Assembly (NCBI GenBank): GCA_964497155.1
Contig: CAZCCB010000009.1
Location: 4,385-32,000, forward strand
Direction: 5' to 3'
Source: an uncultured Nitrososphaerota archaeon
Lineage (GTDB): Archaea > Thermoproteota > Methanomethylicia > Culexarchaeales > Culexmicrobiaceae
DNA: 27,616 nt
The first letter of the stretch is position 1, and each line of letters opens with the position of its first letter. The notes under the pieces are model-generated. The model did not search any database and was not told where the DNA came from. It saw nothing but the letters and a program-made list of their open reading frames with translations. Shown here in pieces: positions 1-11,165 of this stretch. The translations under genes were made by a program, and so were the position numbers.

Positions 1-378
1 TTGTTGAGCATATGTTCTTGCTTCTTCTAGGTCTCCTCTTCTAAGCGCTTCCTCATATTTAATTGCTGCTTCCTCCTTTATTTTTTTCCTACGTAAAATT
101 TCAAGTTCTTTTATTTCAGGTGGAGTTCCATCAAATACATAAACTGGTTTAATTCCTAATTCTAAGAAATTTACAGTTCTATAAAATAGACCACTTAAAT
201 GGCTTGTTATTCTTCCTCTCGAATCTTTAAGTGGTGTACCATTTGGTTGTCTAATTATTGCTAGGAACTGGTATAATGCATTGTACGCATCTATGGCTAA
301 TGTTTTCCCCTTTAAAGATTCTATATCGATAATTTCAACTGCTCCTTCCGGTATTAAGCTTCTTAGATTAACGCCCAT
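1..378 (-). CDS. fen: Flap endonuclease 1 (FEN-1), first 126 codons; the gene runs off the left edge of the window
   Basis: Absent from the ORF track because it is open at the window edge. Reverse-strand translation from the ATG at 378-376 reads [91 protein letters not shown]... This is the canonical FEN-1/XPG-N N-terminus ([29 protein letters not shown]). A GAGGGAG Shine-Dalgarno-like motif sits just upstream of the ATG. Confidence 0.9.
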   Translation of the reverse strand, partial: MGVNLRSLIPEGAVEIIDIESLKGKTLAIDAYNALYQFLAIIRQPNGTPLKDSRGRITSHLSGLFYRTVNFLELGIKPVYVFDGTPPEIKELEILRRKKIKEEAAIKYEEALRRGDLEEARTYAQQ

Positions 379-622
379 ATTCTCCCTCAATTAAACTTAT
401 ATTTCTCAAACCTCTTTTTGTAACTGTGACTAAAATTTTGCCCCATATTTCTAACTTCATAAGTGCTTTATTAAATTCTTTTGGAGACAAATTATTATGT
501 TGTTGTCTTAGATTGTCAAATAATTCGTTTTCTCTCATTGTTTTTCTTTTTCTTAATATTGATAGAATGCTTACCTCTAGAGGTTCAGATGGCCATAAAG
601 TATTCTTAGGCATAAACATCAC
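368..622 (-). CDS. Small hypothetical protein, possibly a winged-helix DNA-binding protein
   Basis: 84-aa ORF wedged exactly between the cdc48 stop (624) and the fen start. Its stop overlaps the fen start by 11 nt. The pattern [22 protein letters not shown]...[20 protein letters not shown] looks like a helix-turn-helix plus wing. No family recognised. The true start may be the 4th codon (MPKN). Confidence 0.5.
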   Translation of the reverse strand: MMFMPKNTLWPSEPLEVSILSILRKRKTMRENELFDNLRQQHNNLSPKEFNKALMKLEIWGKILVTVTKRGLRNISLIEGEYGR

Positions 623-623
623 T

Positions 624-2852
<2,229 letters not shown>

Positions 2853-2898
2853 TTAAGCGAGTTATTATAGTAATTATAGTGTATATAGTTTATGTTCA

Positions 2899-3168
2899 TC
2901 ACATTCTAGTCACATATTCTACTTCTACTTGACTTACTAAGGGGACGCTCATTATTGCTTCTTCAACTATAGTTGTTCCACCTTCAGTTTCTTCAGGCAT
3001 AATTAGCGCCATTTTTAATAATTTTAATCCAAATGCGATTGGTTCTTCACTAGTTCTAGCAATTTTTACATTCTTCGGCAATGTTTTTTCGATCATTTGT
3101 GTTAGCATATTTAGGTTAACATTTGCCTCTTTAGGATAAACCCTAACAATTACCAAAACTTTACCCAT
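2899..3168 (-). CDS. ef1b: Translation elongation factor aEF-1 beta
   Basis: 89 aa. MGKVLVIVRVYPKE...EEPIAFGLKLLKMALIMPEETEGGTTIVEEAI...VSQVEV matches the archaeal EF-1beta size and motif pattern. GGAGGAGAGG-type SD upstream. Confidence 0.9.
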   Translation of the reverse strand: MGKVLVIVRVYPKEANVNLNMLTQMIEKTLPKNVKIARTSEEPIAFGLKLLKMALIMPEETEGGTTIVEEAIMSVPLVSQVEVEYVTRM

Positions 3169-3180
3169 AACCTCTCCTCC

Positions 3181-3366
3181 TCACGGTCCTTCAAATCCAC
3201 ATTTTGGACATTTATAAGAATTTGCTGTTGATCGACATCTCCAACATCTCCATAAAATTATTTCACCACAATTTGGACATGGAAAGTTAACCCCCTTTTC
3301 TCCAGGTATTATCGGAGTTTTACATGATATGCAGACTGGTAGCTTTAATTCTTCATCAGCAGACAT
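3181..3366 (-). CDS. Small double zinc-ribbon protein (the type usually found next to aEF-1beta in archaea)
   Basis: Four CxxC pairs (CISC, CPNC, CWRC, CPKC). I place the start at the internal ATG (MSADEELKLPVC...), which has a GGAGG 8 nt upstream, rather than at the ORF-track start 3408. Adjacency to ef1b is a conserved archaeal arrangement, from memory. Confidence 0.75.
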   Translation of the reverse strand: MSADEELKLPVCISCKTPIIPGEKGVNFPCPNCGEIILWRCWRCRSTANSYKCPKCGFEGP

Positions 3367-3477
3367 TTTTATACTTCCTCCACTTTGAAGACACTCTACA
3401 TTTTTCAAATAAAAGTTTTTCCTTATAACTAGCGTTGAACTTTTATTCTTCTTTTCTAAGTTACGTACTGATCCTAA

Positions 3478-3834
3478 TTGAGTGAATTAAAACAAGTAAT
3501 AGTTGTTCGTGCTGATTTGAAAATGAGTAGGGGTAAGTTAGCTGTTCAAGTAGCTCATGCAGCAGTATGTGCAGCTGAAGAAGCTAGAAATAAATTTAAT
3601 AATTGGTGGAAGGATTGGTTAACATCTGGTCAAAAAAAGGTTGTAGTTAAAGTAAAAGACGAGGAAGAATTATTAAGAATTTTTAATTTAGCCCGATTAA
3701 TGAATCTTCCCTCAGTCCTCATTTCGAATAGAGGTTTAACGGAGCTTCCACCAGGTACAATAACTTGTGTAGGTATTGGTCCTGCACCTTCCGAACTAAT
3801 TGATAAGATAACCGGAACTTTACCTCTTCTCTAG
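3478..3834 (+). CDS. pth2: Peptidyl-tRNA hydrolase, archaeal/eukaryotic Pth2 type
   Basis: 118 aa. KQVIVVRADLKMSRGKLAVQVAHAAV...GQKKVVVKV...TELPPGTITCVGIGPAP...ITGTLPLL is the Pth2 signature. TTG start. Confidence 0.9.
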   Translation: MSELKQVIVVRADLKMSRGKLAVQVAHAAVCAAEEARNKFNNWWKDWLTSGQKKVVVKVKDEEELLRIFNLARLMNLPSVLISNRGLTELPPGTITCVGIGPAPSELIDKITGTLPLL

Positions 3835-3835
3835 G

Positions 3836-5170
3836 TTGATGATTATGATTTCTCGATCACGATCAAGGCTTGATGAAAAGCTTGGTATGCTATACTATTC
3901 AACTTCCTCTTCTCCAATTAATGGTCGCATACGTACTTTCACTGAAGATTTCATTGTTGAAGAAATATTGCGAGATAAAACCGTAGTGCCTGTAAATGTT
4001 AATTCGAGAATATCCTTACCATTATGTGATGTAGTGAAAGGAAATTATGTAAGAGCAATTCTTATTAAAAAAGGTTATGATACTTTATCTGCAATTTTCT
4101 ATCTTTCAAAGAAATTTAAGCTTCCAATAAGTGCCTTCTCATATTTAGGACTAAAAGATGCTAGAGCACTGTCTTCTCAATTGATAAGCATTAAAATTGA
4201 TTATCCTATTTCATATTATGGTGAAAGAATTCTACTCACAAATTCTAAACAATCTCTTTTACCTGTGAAAGCTCATGAATTGTATGGGAATAAATTTACT
4301 ATAACCATTAGATCGATATCTTTAAAATCTGAAGATGCAGTTAGAAGAGTTCAGAGAATTTTTTCTGAACTCTCTTCTTTCGGAGGAGTATTAGCATACT
4401 TTGGTTATCAGCGATTTGGAACACTCAATCCAATAACGCATAAAATCGGAAAAGCAATAGTTAAAAGGAATATTGATCTGGCAGTTAGCTATTTAATCAA
4501 TAGTAATATTGGCGAAAAAGACCCCATAAAAACTGGACTTAGACCTAGGAAAAATGAAGTATTAGATTACGAAAGAATTGTGAGGCGCTTCTTTACTAAG
4601 AAGAGTAATGCTCTCAAAGCTATTAAGAAAGTTCCATTGCCTATTAGACGCTTATTTATTCATGCTTATCAGTCTTATCTATTTAATAGAATACTCAGTG
4701 AGCGTATTAAATTAGGTCTTCCTATTAATCGAGCAGTTATTGGTGATTTAGTTGGACTACCCATTTTTGGAAGTGTTTCTCCCCAATATGTTTTTCATGT
4801 TGATAAGAATAACCTAGATAAGGTAAATTCATTAATAAAACGGAATTTAATTTCAGTTGTATTACCTGTGCCTGGATATGCCATTAAAAAACTTCCAATA
4901 GGTTTGGCTAAAGAACCAATTCAAGGAGTTTTAGATGATGAAGGTATCTCTTTTAACGATTTCTTGATAGACATGTTACCTAATTTAAGAAGTCCAGGAA
5001 CCTATAGACCCGTAATATTTCAGGTTGAAAATTTTAAGATTATGAGTTTACTACGTAATGAGTCAAGTTTATCGATTAAAATTCAATTCTCATTAAGAAG
5101 AGGATTTTATGCAACCATGTTCTTAAGGGAGTTAATCAAACCATTCGACCCAGCGTTATTAGGTTTTTAG
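3836..5170 (+). CDS. truD: tRNA pseudouridine synthase TruD/Pus7 family
   Basis: 444 aa. N-terminal GRIRTFTEDFIVEEI, catalytic-Asp motif YLGLKDARALSSQ, and FGYQRFG and RRLFIHAYQSYLFN motifs typical of TruD. The exact start (TTG 3836, ATG 3839 or 3845) is uncertain. Confidence 0.85.
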   Translation: MMIMISRSRSRLDEKLGMLYYSTSSSPINGRIRTFTEDFIVEEILRDKTVVPVNVNSRISLPLCDVVKGNYVRAILIKKGYDTLSAIFYLSKKFKLPISAFSYLGLKDARALSSQLISIKIDYPISYYGERILLTNSKQSLLPVKAHELYGNKFTITIRSISLKSEDAVRRVQRIFSELSSFGGVLAYFGYQRFGTLNPITHKIGKAIVKRNIDLAVSYLINSNIGEKDPIKTGLRPRKNEVLDYERIVRRFFTKKSNALKAIKKVPLPIRRLFIHAYQSYLFNRILSERIKLGLPINRAVIGDLVGLPIFGSVSPQYVFHVDKNNLDKVNSLIKRNLISVVLPVPGYAIKKLPIGLAKEPIQGVLDDEGISFNDFLIDMLPNLRSPGTYRPVIFQVENFKIMSLLRNESSLSIKIQFSLRRGFYATMFLRELIKPFDPALLGF

Positions 5171-5173
5171 CAA

Positions 5174-6493
5174 CTAGGGTACAAGTCTATCCCTATCTCT
5201 AGGGAACAATGTTACCTCTCTAATATTCTTTTTACCAGTTATCACCATAAGAAGACGTTGAAAGCCTATAGCCCAACCTGCATGTGGGGGCATTCCATAA
5301 TCATAATACGATAGGAATGGTTCAAATTTCTCAGGATTTAGATTTTGTTCTTTAAGCCTCTCTATAAGCAGATCTTTTACATGTATTCTAGTCCCACCAC
5401 TCGCCAGTTCTAGCCAAGACCAGTTTAAGTCAAATGATTCAGTTATTTCCGGATCATCATCTTTGGGCTTTATATAGAAGGGCTTTAATTTTCTTGGCCA
5501 GTTAATTATGAAATATGGTTCCTTAAAAATTTCACCTAAAATTCTATTTGCTTTCGTAGGTAAGTCGTCTCCCCATTCTAATGATAAATCATGCTCCCTT
5601 AAAATTTCAAGAGCCTCATCATAAGTTATTCTCTTAAACGGTTTCTTTGGAACAATAATTTCTTGACTTAAGATTTCCAATTCATTTGCACACTTTTTCT
5701 TAACTTCGCTTATAGTATGTACAATTAATTCTTCAAGTATCTTCATAACATCATTAGCATTAACGAAGGCTGCTTCTATATCGACAGATATAAATTCATT
5801 TAAATGATATGTTGTATTCATTTCTTCAGCTCTATAATACTGAGCAATTTCAAATACTTTTTCGAAAACTGAAGTTAAAATCTCCTTATACAGCTGAGGA
5901 CTTTGTGCTAAGAATGCTTCTTTTTCAAAATAAATTACTGGAAATAATGCTGCTCCTCCTTCTGTTGCTGTAGCTAAAATTTTAGGAGTAAATACTTCTA
6001 TGAATCCCTCTCCTATTAAGAATTGACGAATTATATTTAATGTTTCATGATGAATTTTAAATATTGCAAAGTTACATGGTATTCTTAAGTCTAGAATTCG
6101 AGCATTTAATCTAGTATCAAGGTCTGCTGGCGTTCTTCCAGTGGTATCTAAAGGTAATGGTGTTTTGGCAATATTCAAAATTTTTATTTCTTTAGGTAAT
6201 ATTTCGACACCATTAGGTATTGAGGGTATTTTCTTAACTTGCCCCTTTACACCTATTACACTTTCTTTTTTCAAAACCTTTACTTTGTTAAAGAGTTCTT
6301 CAGAAACTTTTTTTCTAGGTAGGGTGATTTGTATAGTTCCTTCTCGATCCCTTAAAATTATGAATTTAATTCCTCCTAAATCCCTTATATCAACTATCCA
6401 TCCGAAGACAATGACTTCTTCGCCTTCATTTTTAGGTGATATTTCGCTTGTATAGTGTGTTCTTCTCCACTCCCCCATTACATCGATCTTCAT
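5174..6493 (-). CDS. aspS: Aspartyl-tRNA synthetase (archaeal class IIb)
   Basis: 439 aa. Close motif-by-motif resemblance to archaeal AspRS: RTHYTSEI, DLGGIKFIILRDREG, FLAQSPQLYK, YRAEEMNTTYHLNEF, SGGTRIH, GMPPHAGWAIG, FPRDRDRLVP at the C-terminus. Confidence 0.93.
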   Translation of the reverse strand: MKIDVMGEWRRTHYTSEISPKNEGEEVIVFGWIVDIRDLGGIKFIILRDREGTIQITLPRKKVSEELFNKVKVLKKESVIGVKGQVKKIPSIPNGVEILPKEIKILNIAKTPLPLDTTGRTPADLDTRLNARILDLRIPCNFAIFKIHHETLNIIRQFLIGEGFIEVFTPKILATATEGGAALFPVIYFEKEAFLAQSPQLYKEILTSVFEKVFEIAQYYRAEEMNTTYHLNEFISVDIEAAFVNANDVMKILEELIVHTISEVKKKCANELEILSQEIIVPKKPFKRITYDEALEILREHDLSLEWGDDLPTKANRILGEIFKEPYFIINWPRKLKPFYIKPKDDDPEITESFDLNWSWLELASGGTRIHVKDLLIERLKEQNLNPEKFEPFLSYYDYGMPPHAGWAIGFQRLLMVITGKKNIREVTLFPRDRDRLVP

Positions 6494-6500
6494 ACTTCCG

Positions 6501-7004
6501 CTACTCCACTATAATTCTAATGGTTTCTTTAGTGAATTCTGAAATTACTTTTTCTGCTTTTTCAAGTTCAAAAGGCAATCTTCTTAAGTCCATTCTTGAG
6601 ATTTTAATATAGTTTTCTCTACTACCATCGGGTAGCCAAACAATATTAACTCCCAAAACTTTAGCTGGCGAGAGTATTTGCTCAGCGATCTGCCTAATAC
6701 TTGAAGTTTTTTCGATAATTCTAACTGGTTTTTTAAGTGTATGTCCTAAAATTCTGGAAATTCTATTCCATAAGGGTCTCATGATCTTTCCATCGCTTTT
6801 AACTAAAACTATGAGCATCCTATCAACGTCAAAAGCCTTAAAAAATGTAGCATTTTTTAAGGCAGGAAATTTCTTTTCTAATTTAACTAAATGTTTTGCA
6901 ATTTCAATATCCAATTGAGTAATCTCTCCTCTATCCACCTTCTCCTGACAGCTAGGACATAAAATTCCACTTTTGAGACATACGAGGCATATGGGTAATT
7001 TCAC
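6501..7004 (-). CDS. Zn-ribbon plus NusA-like (KH-like) putative RNA-binding protein
   Basis: 167 aa. N-terminal CLVC...CPSC ribbon. The C-terminal half (VRIIEKTSSIRQIAEQILSPAKVLGVNIV...) resembles the archaeal NusA KH segment (..PA.V..V.I). No clear GxxG loop, so the functional call is tentative. Coding status is solid from length and context. Confidence 0.55.
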   Translation of the reverse strand: MKLPICLVCLKSGILCPSCQEKVDRGEITQLDIEIAKHLVKLEKKFPALKNATFFKAFDVDRMLIVLVKSDGKIMRPLWNRISRILGHTLKKPVRIIEKTSSIRQIAEQILSPAKVLGVNIVWLPDGSRENYIKISRMDLRRLPFELEKAEKVISEFTKETIRIIVE

Positions 7005-7062
7005 GAATTTTCCCCCAAATTAAAGAAATTGTGGAGAATGTTGTTTTACTTGGCTCTCCTTT

Positions 7063-7344
7063 TTACTTTTTTCCTCTGGCTAAAACTATGGATATAGTGC
7101 TTGTGTTTATTGTTCTTCCATCTTGAGTTGTTAATTGCTCTGTACCTATTTCAACGTTCTTAACTTTAACATCTGTTAGAAATCTGTTCCTTACAATTTC
7201 AGCAACGTCTACAGCTTTACTTATTGCTCTACCTCTAGCCTTAACGCTTATTTCCTTTGCTCCTTGGTGAAACAATGTTAGACAAGCTAAAACATAATTC
7301 ATAATCGGCTTATTTCCTACTAGCACCGCGTTTTCCTGAGCCAT
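7063..7344 (-). CDS. albA: Alba chromatin/RNA-binding protein
   Basis: 93 aa. [49 protein letters not shown] is the Alba signature. GGGGAGGGAG SD upstream. Confidence 0.93.
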   Translation of the reverse strand: MAQENAVLVGNKPIMNYVLACLTLFHQGAKEISVKARGRAISKAVDVAEIVRNRFLTDVKVKNVEIGTEQLTTQDGRTINTSTISIVLARGKK

Positions 7345-7485
7345 TTTCTCCCTCCCCTAAGTTTTATAGAGTGCAAGCTTAAAGATAATATAACAACGAC
7401 ATTTATAAGATTTAGGTTTCTAAGTTTCACTCTATAGGTGAGAAGAAATATATTATCGTTTTTTACATATGTCCGTGGTGATGCA

Positions 7486-7971
7486 ATGCCTAAAAGCGAA
7501 CAGATAAATATTAGCTTAACTGAACGACAAAGATTATTATTGTTCAAATTATATGAAAGTTCTAAAAGTATGACTGTATATACTGTAAATAAGTCGCAAA
7601 GTGAGCTTGCAAAGGAACTTGGAATTACTCGTCAAGCATTAAGTATACATTTAAGAAAATTTAAGGATGAGGGTCTTATAAGAACTGGGAGAGGCTTTAT
7701 AGATTTAACTGAGAAGGCGCTTAAAGTACTTAATATCCGATCTGCTGATACGTTTGTTTTCATTAAAGTTCATCCTCAAATGAGAACTATCGCCTATGAA
7801 AAAATAAAAAAGATTCCTAACGTAAGCAAGCTATTTAGAGTAACTGGTGAAGTTGATTTAATAGCTCTAGTTGATCAATCAACTCTTGATAGCTTTCTAA
7901 GAAATGTATCTCAAATAGATGGTGTTGTTTCCACTTCAGCTCACATAGTTATTGAAACATTAAAAGAGTAA
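7486..7971 (+). CDS. Lrp/AsnC-like transcription regulator (N-terminal HTH, C-terminal RAM-type domain)
   Basis: HTH segment SQSELAKELGITRQALSIHLRKFKDEGLI. The C-terminal FVFIKVHPQ...VSKLFRVTGEVDLIALV...IDGVVSTSAHIVIETLK is typical of the AsnC-type ligand domain. I use the ATG at 7486 (MPKSEQ...) rather than the ORF-track start 7438, which lies in the divergent albA promoter region. Confidence 0.8.
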   Translation: MPKSEQINISLTERQRLLLFKLYESSKSMTVYTVNKSQSELAKELGITRQALSIHLRKFKDEGLIRTGRGFIDLTEKALKVLNIRSADTFVFIKVHPQMRTIAYEKIKKIPNVSKLFRVTGEVDLIALVDQSTLDSFLRNVSQIDGVVSTSAHIVIETLKE

Positions 7972-7994
7972 CTAAAGCTTCAGGAGGATTAAGG

Positions 7995-9131
7995 TTGAGG
8001 TTATATGAATATCAAGCCAAAGAGGTTTTCAAAAAATATGGGATACCGATTCCTATTGGAAGCGTAGTTTCCTCACCTACTGAAGCTAGACAAGTTGCAG
8101 AGAAAATTGGAAAACCTGTAGTATTAAAAGTTCAAGTTTTAGTTGGAGGAAGAGGAAAAGCTGGAGGTATAAAATTTGCATCAAATCCTCAAGAAGCTGA
8201 AAAAATTGCTAAGACACTTATTGGCCAAACATTTAAGGGATTTAAAGTAAGTAAACTTCTGGTTGAAGAGAAACTTCAAATAAAAGAGGAATACTATTTA
8301 GGCTTCACTATAGATCGATCAGCAAGAAAATTAGTTGCAATAGCAAGCTCACGCGGTGGGGTAGACATTGAAGAAATAGCAATTTCATTTCCGCAATATA
8401 TTGTTAAGCAGCATGTTGATCCATTAATAGGTTTTTATCCATTCATGGCTAGACAATTAATCAAAAAATTAGGATTTGAAGGTAAAATATTAAATGAAAT
8501 GTCAAGCTTTCTTTATAAGTTGTATAAGATTATGATTGACTATGATGCTGAATTAATTGAAATTAATCCATTAGTATTAACTGAAGATAATAAACTAATT
8601 GCAGCTGATGCTCGATTAAATATTGATTCTGATGCCCTCTTTAGGCATTCTGATATTAAGCAAATTGAAGAATTATCAACATTTTCACCATATGAATTAG
8701 AGGCTAAGAAAGCTGGGCTATCATACGTGGAACTTGATGGAAACATAGGAATTATAGGTAATGGCGCTGGATTAGTAATGACAACATTAGACTTAGTTAA
8801 AATGTATGGAGGTAATCCAGCAAACTTCTTAGATGTTGGTGGAGGTGCTGCATCGGAATCAATTGCTACTGCGCTCAGAATATTATTGAATCATCCAAGA
8901 GTGAAAGTAATCTTAATTAATATTCTTGGTGGAATAACTAGGTGCGATGAAGTAGCCAAAGGAATAATTTCAGCATTAAAAACTTCAAATATGGGCAAAC
9001 CTATTGTAATAAGGTTAACTGGAACAAATGAATTAGAAGGAAGAAAAATATTGAAGAATGAAGGATTAATAGCGTTATCTTCCATGGAAGAAGCCGCTAA
9101 GAAAGCTGTCGAATTAGTGGGGGGAGAATGA
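7995..9131 (+). CDS. sucC: Succinyl-CoA synthetase beta subunit
   Basis: 378 aa. [83 protein letters not shown]. Confidence 0.93.
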   Translation: MRLYEYQAKEVFKKYGIPIPIGSVVSSPTEARQVAEKIGKPVVLKVQVLVGGRGKAGGIKFASNPQEAEKIAKTLIGQTFKGFKVSKLLVEEKLQIKEEYYLGFTIDRSARKLVAIASSRGGVDIEEIAISFPQYIVKQHVDPLIGFYPFMARQLIKKLGFEGKILNEMSSFLYKLYKIMIDYDAELIEINPLVLTEDNKLIAADARLNIDSDALFRHSDIKQIEELSTFSPYELEAKKAGLSYVELDGNIGIIGNGAGLVMTTLDLVKMYGGNPANFLDVGGGAASESIATALRILLNHPRVKVILINILGGITRCDEVAKGIISALKTSNMGKPIVIRLTGTNELEGRKILKNEGLIALSSMEEAAKKAVELVGGE

Positions 9132-9132
9132 T

Positions 9133-10002
9133 TTGGGCATAATAGTCGGTAAAGATACTAGAGTAATAGTTCAAGGGATAACTGGGAGGCAGGGTAGATT
9201 TCATACTAAATTAATGTTAGATTATGGTACAAAAATAGTAGCTGGTGTGACTCCAGGAAAGGGAGGGCAAAATGTTCATGGAGTACCTGTTTATGATACA
9301 ATAGTTGAAGCATTGAAAAATCATCCTGCAGATACATCAATAATTTTTGTACCTGCACCTTATGCTTTTGATGCTGTTGTAGAGGCTATATTATCGGGAA
9401 TGAAAAATGTTGTAGTAATAACTGAACACATACCTGTACATGATTCAATAAAAATGATAGCTCTTGCAAAATTAAGAGGAACAAGAATTATTGGACCAAA
9501 TACTCCTGGTATTATAACTCCTGGTGAATGTAAAGTTGGCATAATGCCTAGTAAAGTTTTCAAGCCAGGTTCAATAGGCATAGTCTCACGAAGTGGTACT
9601 CTAACCTATGAAATTGCAATGAACTTATCAAATGAAGGATTTGGACAATCCACGTGTATAGGAATTGGAGGGGATCCTGTAGTTGGTCTTGATTTTATAG
9701 ACATATTAAATCTGTTTAGAGAGGATAAACAAACTAAAGCAATAGTCATCATTGGTGAAATAGGTGGAGATGCTGAAGAAAGAGCCGCATCATTTATTGA
9801 AGAGACAAATTATCCGAAGCCAATAGTTGCATTTATTGCTGGCCGAACTGCTCCGCCAGGGAAAAGAATGGGTCATGCTGGTGCAATTATATCAGGAAGA
9901 TTTGGATCTGCAGAGAGTAAAATAAAAGCTTTTAATAGAGCAGGAATTCCCGTAGCTAAAAAACCATCGGAAATTCCAAAATTAGTTGATAGGTTAATTT
10001 AA
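9133..10002 (+). CDS. sucD: Succinyl-CoA synthetase alpha subunit
   Basis: 289 aa. [47 protein letters not shown] and the phosphohistidine loop [13 protein letters not shown] start 1 nt after the sucC stop. Confidence 0.95.
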   Translation: MGIIVGKDTRVIVQGITGRQGRFHTKLMLDYGTKIVAGVTPGKGGQNVHGVPVYDTIVEALKNHPADTSIIFVPAPYAFDAVVEAILSGMKNVVVITEHIPVHDSIKMIALAKLRGTRIIGPNTPGIITPGECKVGIMPSKVFKPGSIGIVSRSGTLTYEIAMNLSNEGFGQSTCIGIGGDPVVGLDFIDILNLFREDKQTKAIVIIGEIGGDAEERAASFIEETNYPKPIVAFIAGRTAPPGKRMGHAGAIISGRFGSAESKIKAFNRAGIPVAKKPSEIPKLVDRLI

Positions 10003-10631
10003 TATTGTTTCAATTTTCTTTCAATTCGCTCCAGCATCTTTTCATTACAATATTTCATAATTTTTTTATCTAACATACTCTTCTCCATAATTTCTCTTAA
10101 GTCTTCAATTAACGTTCTAGCCAAATCAATATTTTTATTCATCTTTATCAAGTATTTATTGAGATCAACTAAATATAATAGGAAGGTAGCTATTTCTCTT
10201 ATTTTTCTCTTTATAATTTTTTCATCCTTCATTTCTTTCTCAGAAAGATAAAATTTCTTGTTTAGCTTTTTAATTTTCTCAATAATATTAATTATTCTTT
10301 CTCTTATATTAATTATTCTATTTGAAATTAATTTTAATTTATTTATAATTATCTTAAGAACTTCATTAACTATTAGAATTTCTTTTGCAATTTCAATTTT
10401 ATTTTGATTAATTAATTTAAAAACTTTATTTTCATTACTTAATATTTTCTCCGAACAAAGTATAACTTCATGAGTAATCCACTTCACAATTTTTTGTGAG
10501 GCCTCTAAATCTTTTGTAGTCTCATGCAAAATTGCCTCAATATTTATATTATCTCGTATTTTTTCTTTTGTAATTTCAAGTATATTGAAGATAACTTCTG
10601 TACTGATTGGTCTTTTATCCAATATTTCCAT
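9999..10631 (-). CDS. Hypothetical Ile/Lys/Asn-rich all-helical (coiled-coil-like) protein
   Basis: A 210-aa uninterrupted ORF in a very AT-rich stretch. No motif recognised. Internally repetitive ([32 protein letters not shown]). A 633-nt open frame in stop-rich AT-rich DNA argues for real coding. Its 3' end overlaps sucD by 4 nt. Confidence 0.5.
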   Translation of the reverse strand: MEILDKRPISTEVIFNILEITKEKIRDNINIEAILHETTKDLEASQKIVKWITHEVILCSEKILSNENKVFKLINQNKIEIAKEILIVNEVLKIIINKLKLISNRIINIRERIINIIEKIKKLNKKFYLSEKEMKDEKIIKRKIREIATFLLYLVDLNKYLIKMNKNIDLARTLIEDLREIMEKSMLDKKIMKYCNEKMLERIERKLKQY

Positions 10632-10697
10632 CTCCGATATCTCTTATGCAAAAGCTTTATAATACTGTTTAGATTGCTACTAAATGGTGATCTCCTA

Positions 10698-10859
10698 ATG
10701 CCAATACATGACCCAGAAAAACTAAGGATTGCACAACAACGGCGTTTATTCATTAAAATTTGCAGAAAATGTGGAGCCCGTAATCCCGCATCAGCTGAAA
10801 AATGTCGAAGATGTAGAAGTAAGAATTTAAGATGGAAAAGAAGAGAAAGATCACGATAA
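10698..10859 (+). CDS. rpl40e: Ribosomal protein L40e (eL40)
   Basis: 53 aa. MPIHDPEKLRIAQQRRLFIKICRKCGARNPASAEKCRRCRSKNLRWKRRE, with the CxxC...CxxC ribbon of L40e. The ORF-track start at 10524 adds an implausible N-terminal extension antisense to the neighbouring gene. Confidence 0.9.
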   Translation: MPIHDPEKLRIAQQRRLFIKICRKCGARNPASAEKCRRCRSKNLRWKRRERSR

Positions 10860-10980
10860 TAACATTGTTATATTGTTATATTTTCTATTCCATAGTATTG
10901 CTTAAAGCTAAATAGCGTAATCCATACTAGTTAATTATATTTCGAGTAAACTTTAAGGGATCTGAAAAACATTTTCATAT

Positions 10981-11057
10981 GGGCGGGTGGTCCAGCTGGT
11001 TAGGATGCCGCCCTCACACGGCGGAGAGCGTGGGTTCGAATCCCACCCCGCCCACCA
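10981..11057 (+). tRNA. tRNA-Val (anticodon CAC), with genomically encoded 3' CCA
   Basis: Hand-folded cloverleaf. Acceptor GGGCGGG/CCCGCCC (7 bp), D stem GTCC/GGAT, anticodon stem CCGCC/GGCGG with loop CTCACAC (anticodon CAC), variable loop AGAGC, T arm GTGGG-TTCGAAT-CCCAC, discriminator A, then CCA. No intron. Confidence 0.93.
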
Positions 11058-11165
11058 TTATCTTCCAGTTTAATATTTTCCTAAAATGATCTATATTGAT
11101 TTATTACTTTAAATTATATTGCTTTTATTAGAATCTTAAGTATTAATTTTATTATGAATATTATT

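Noticed and set aside
6141-6455. 104-aa plus-strand ORF antisense to aspS; similar shadow ORFs lie at 8540-8746, 8891-9085 and 9360-9581 (sucCD), 11893-12075, 13907-14098, 21099-21284, 21640-21834 and 26599-26832
   Set aside because: All lie fully inside strongly supported genes on the opposite strand and have no recognisable motifs or start-site signals.
7320-7547. 75-aa minus-strand ORF spanning the albA start and the albA/lrp divergent promoter
   Set aside because: It overlaps the albA N-terminus in another frame and the 5' end of the regulator gene. Its composition is Asn/Leu-rich junk, so it is most likely promoter DNA read through by chance.
10524-10697. N-terminal extension of the L40e ORF (111 aa in the track) and the antisense ORF 10544-10753
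   Set aside because: L40e is a protein of about 50 aa. The conserved sequence starts at MPIHDPEK (10698). The extension overlaps the 5' end of the divergent 210-aa gene.
10864-10879. Tandem ATTGTTAT x2 downstream of rpl40e
   Set aside because: There are only two short copies in AT-rich intergenic DNA, which is compatible with chance or a slippage remnant. No structure or function is implied.
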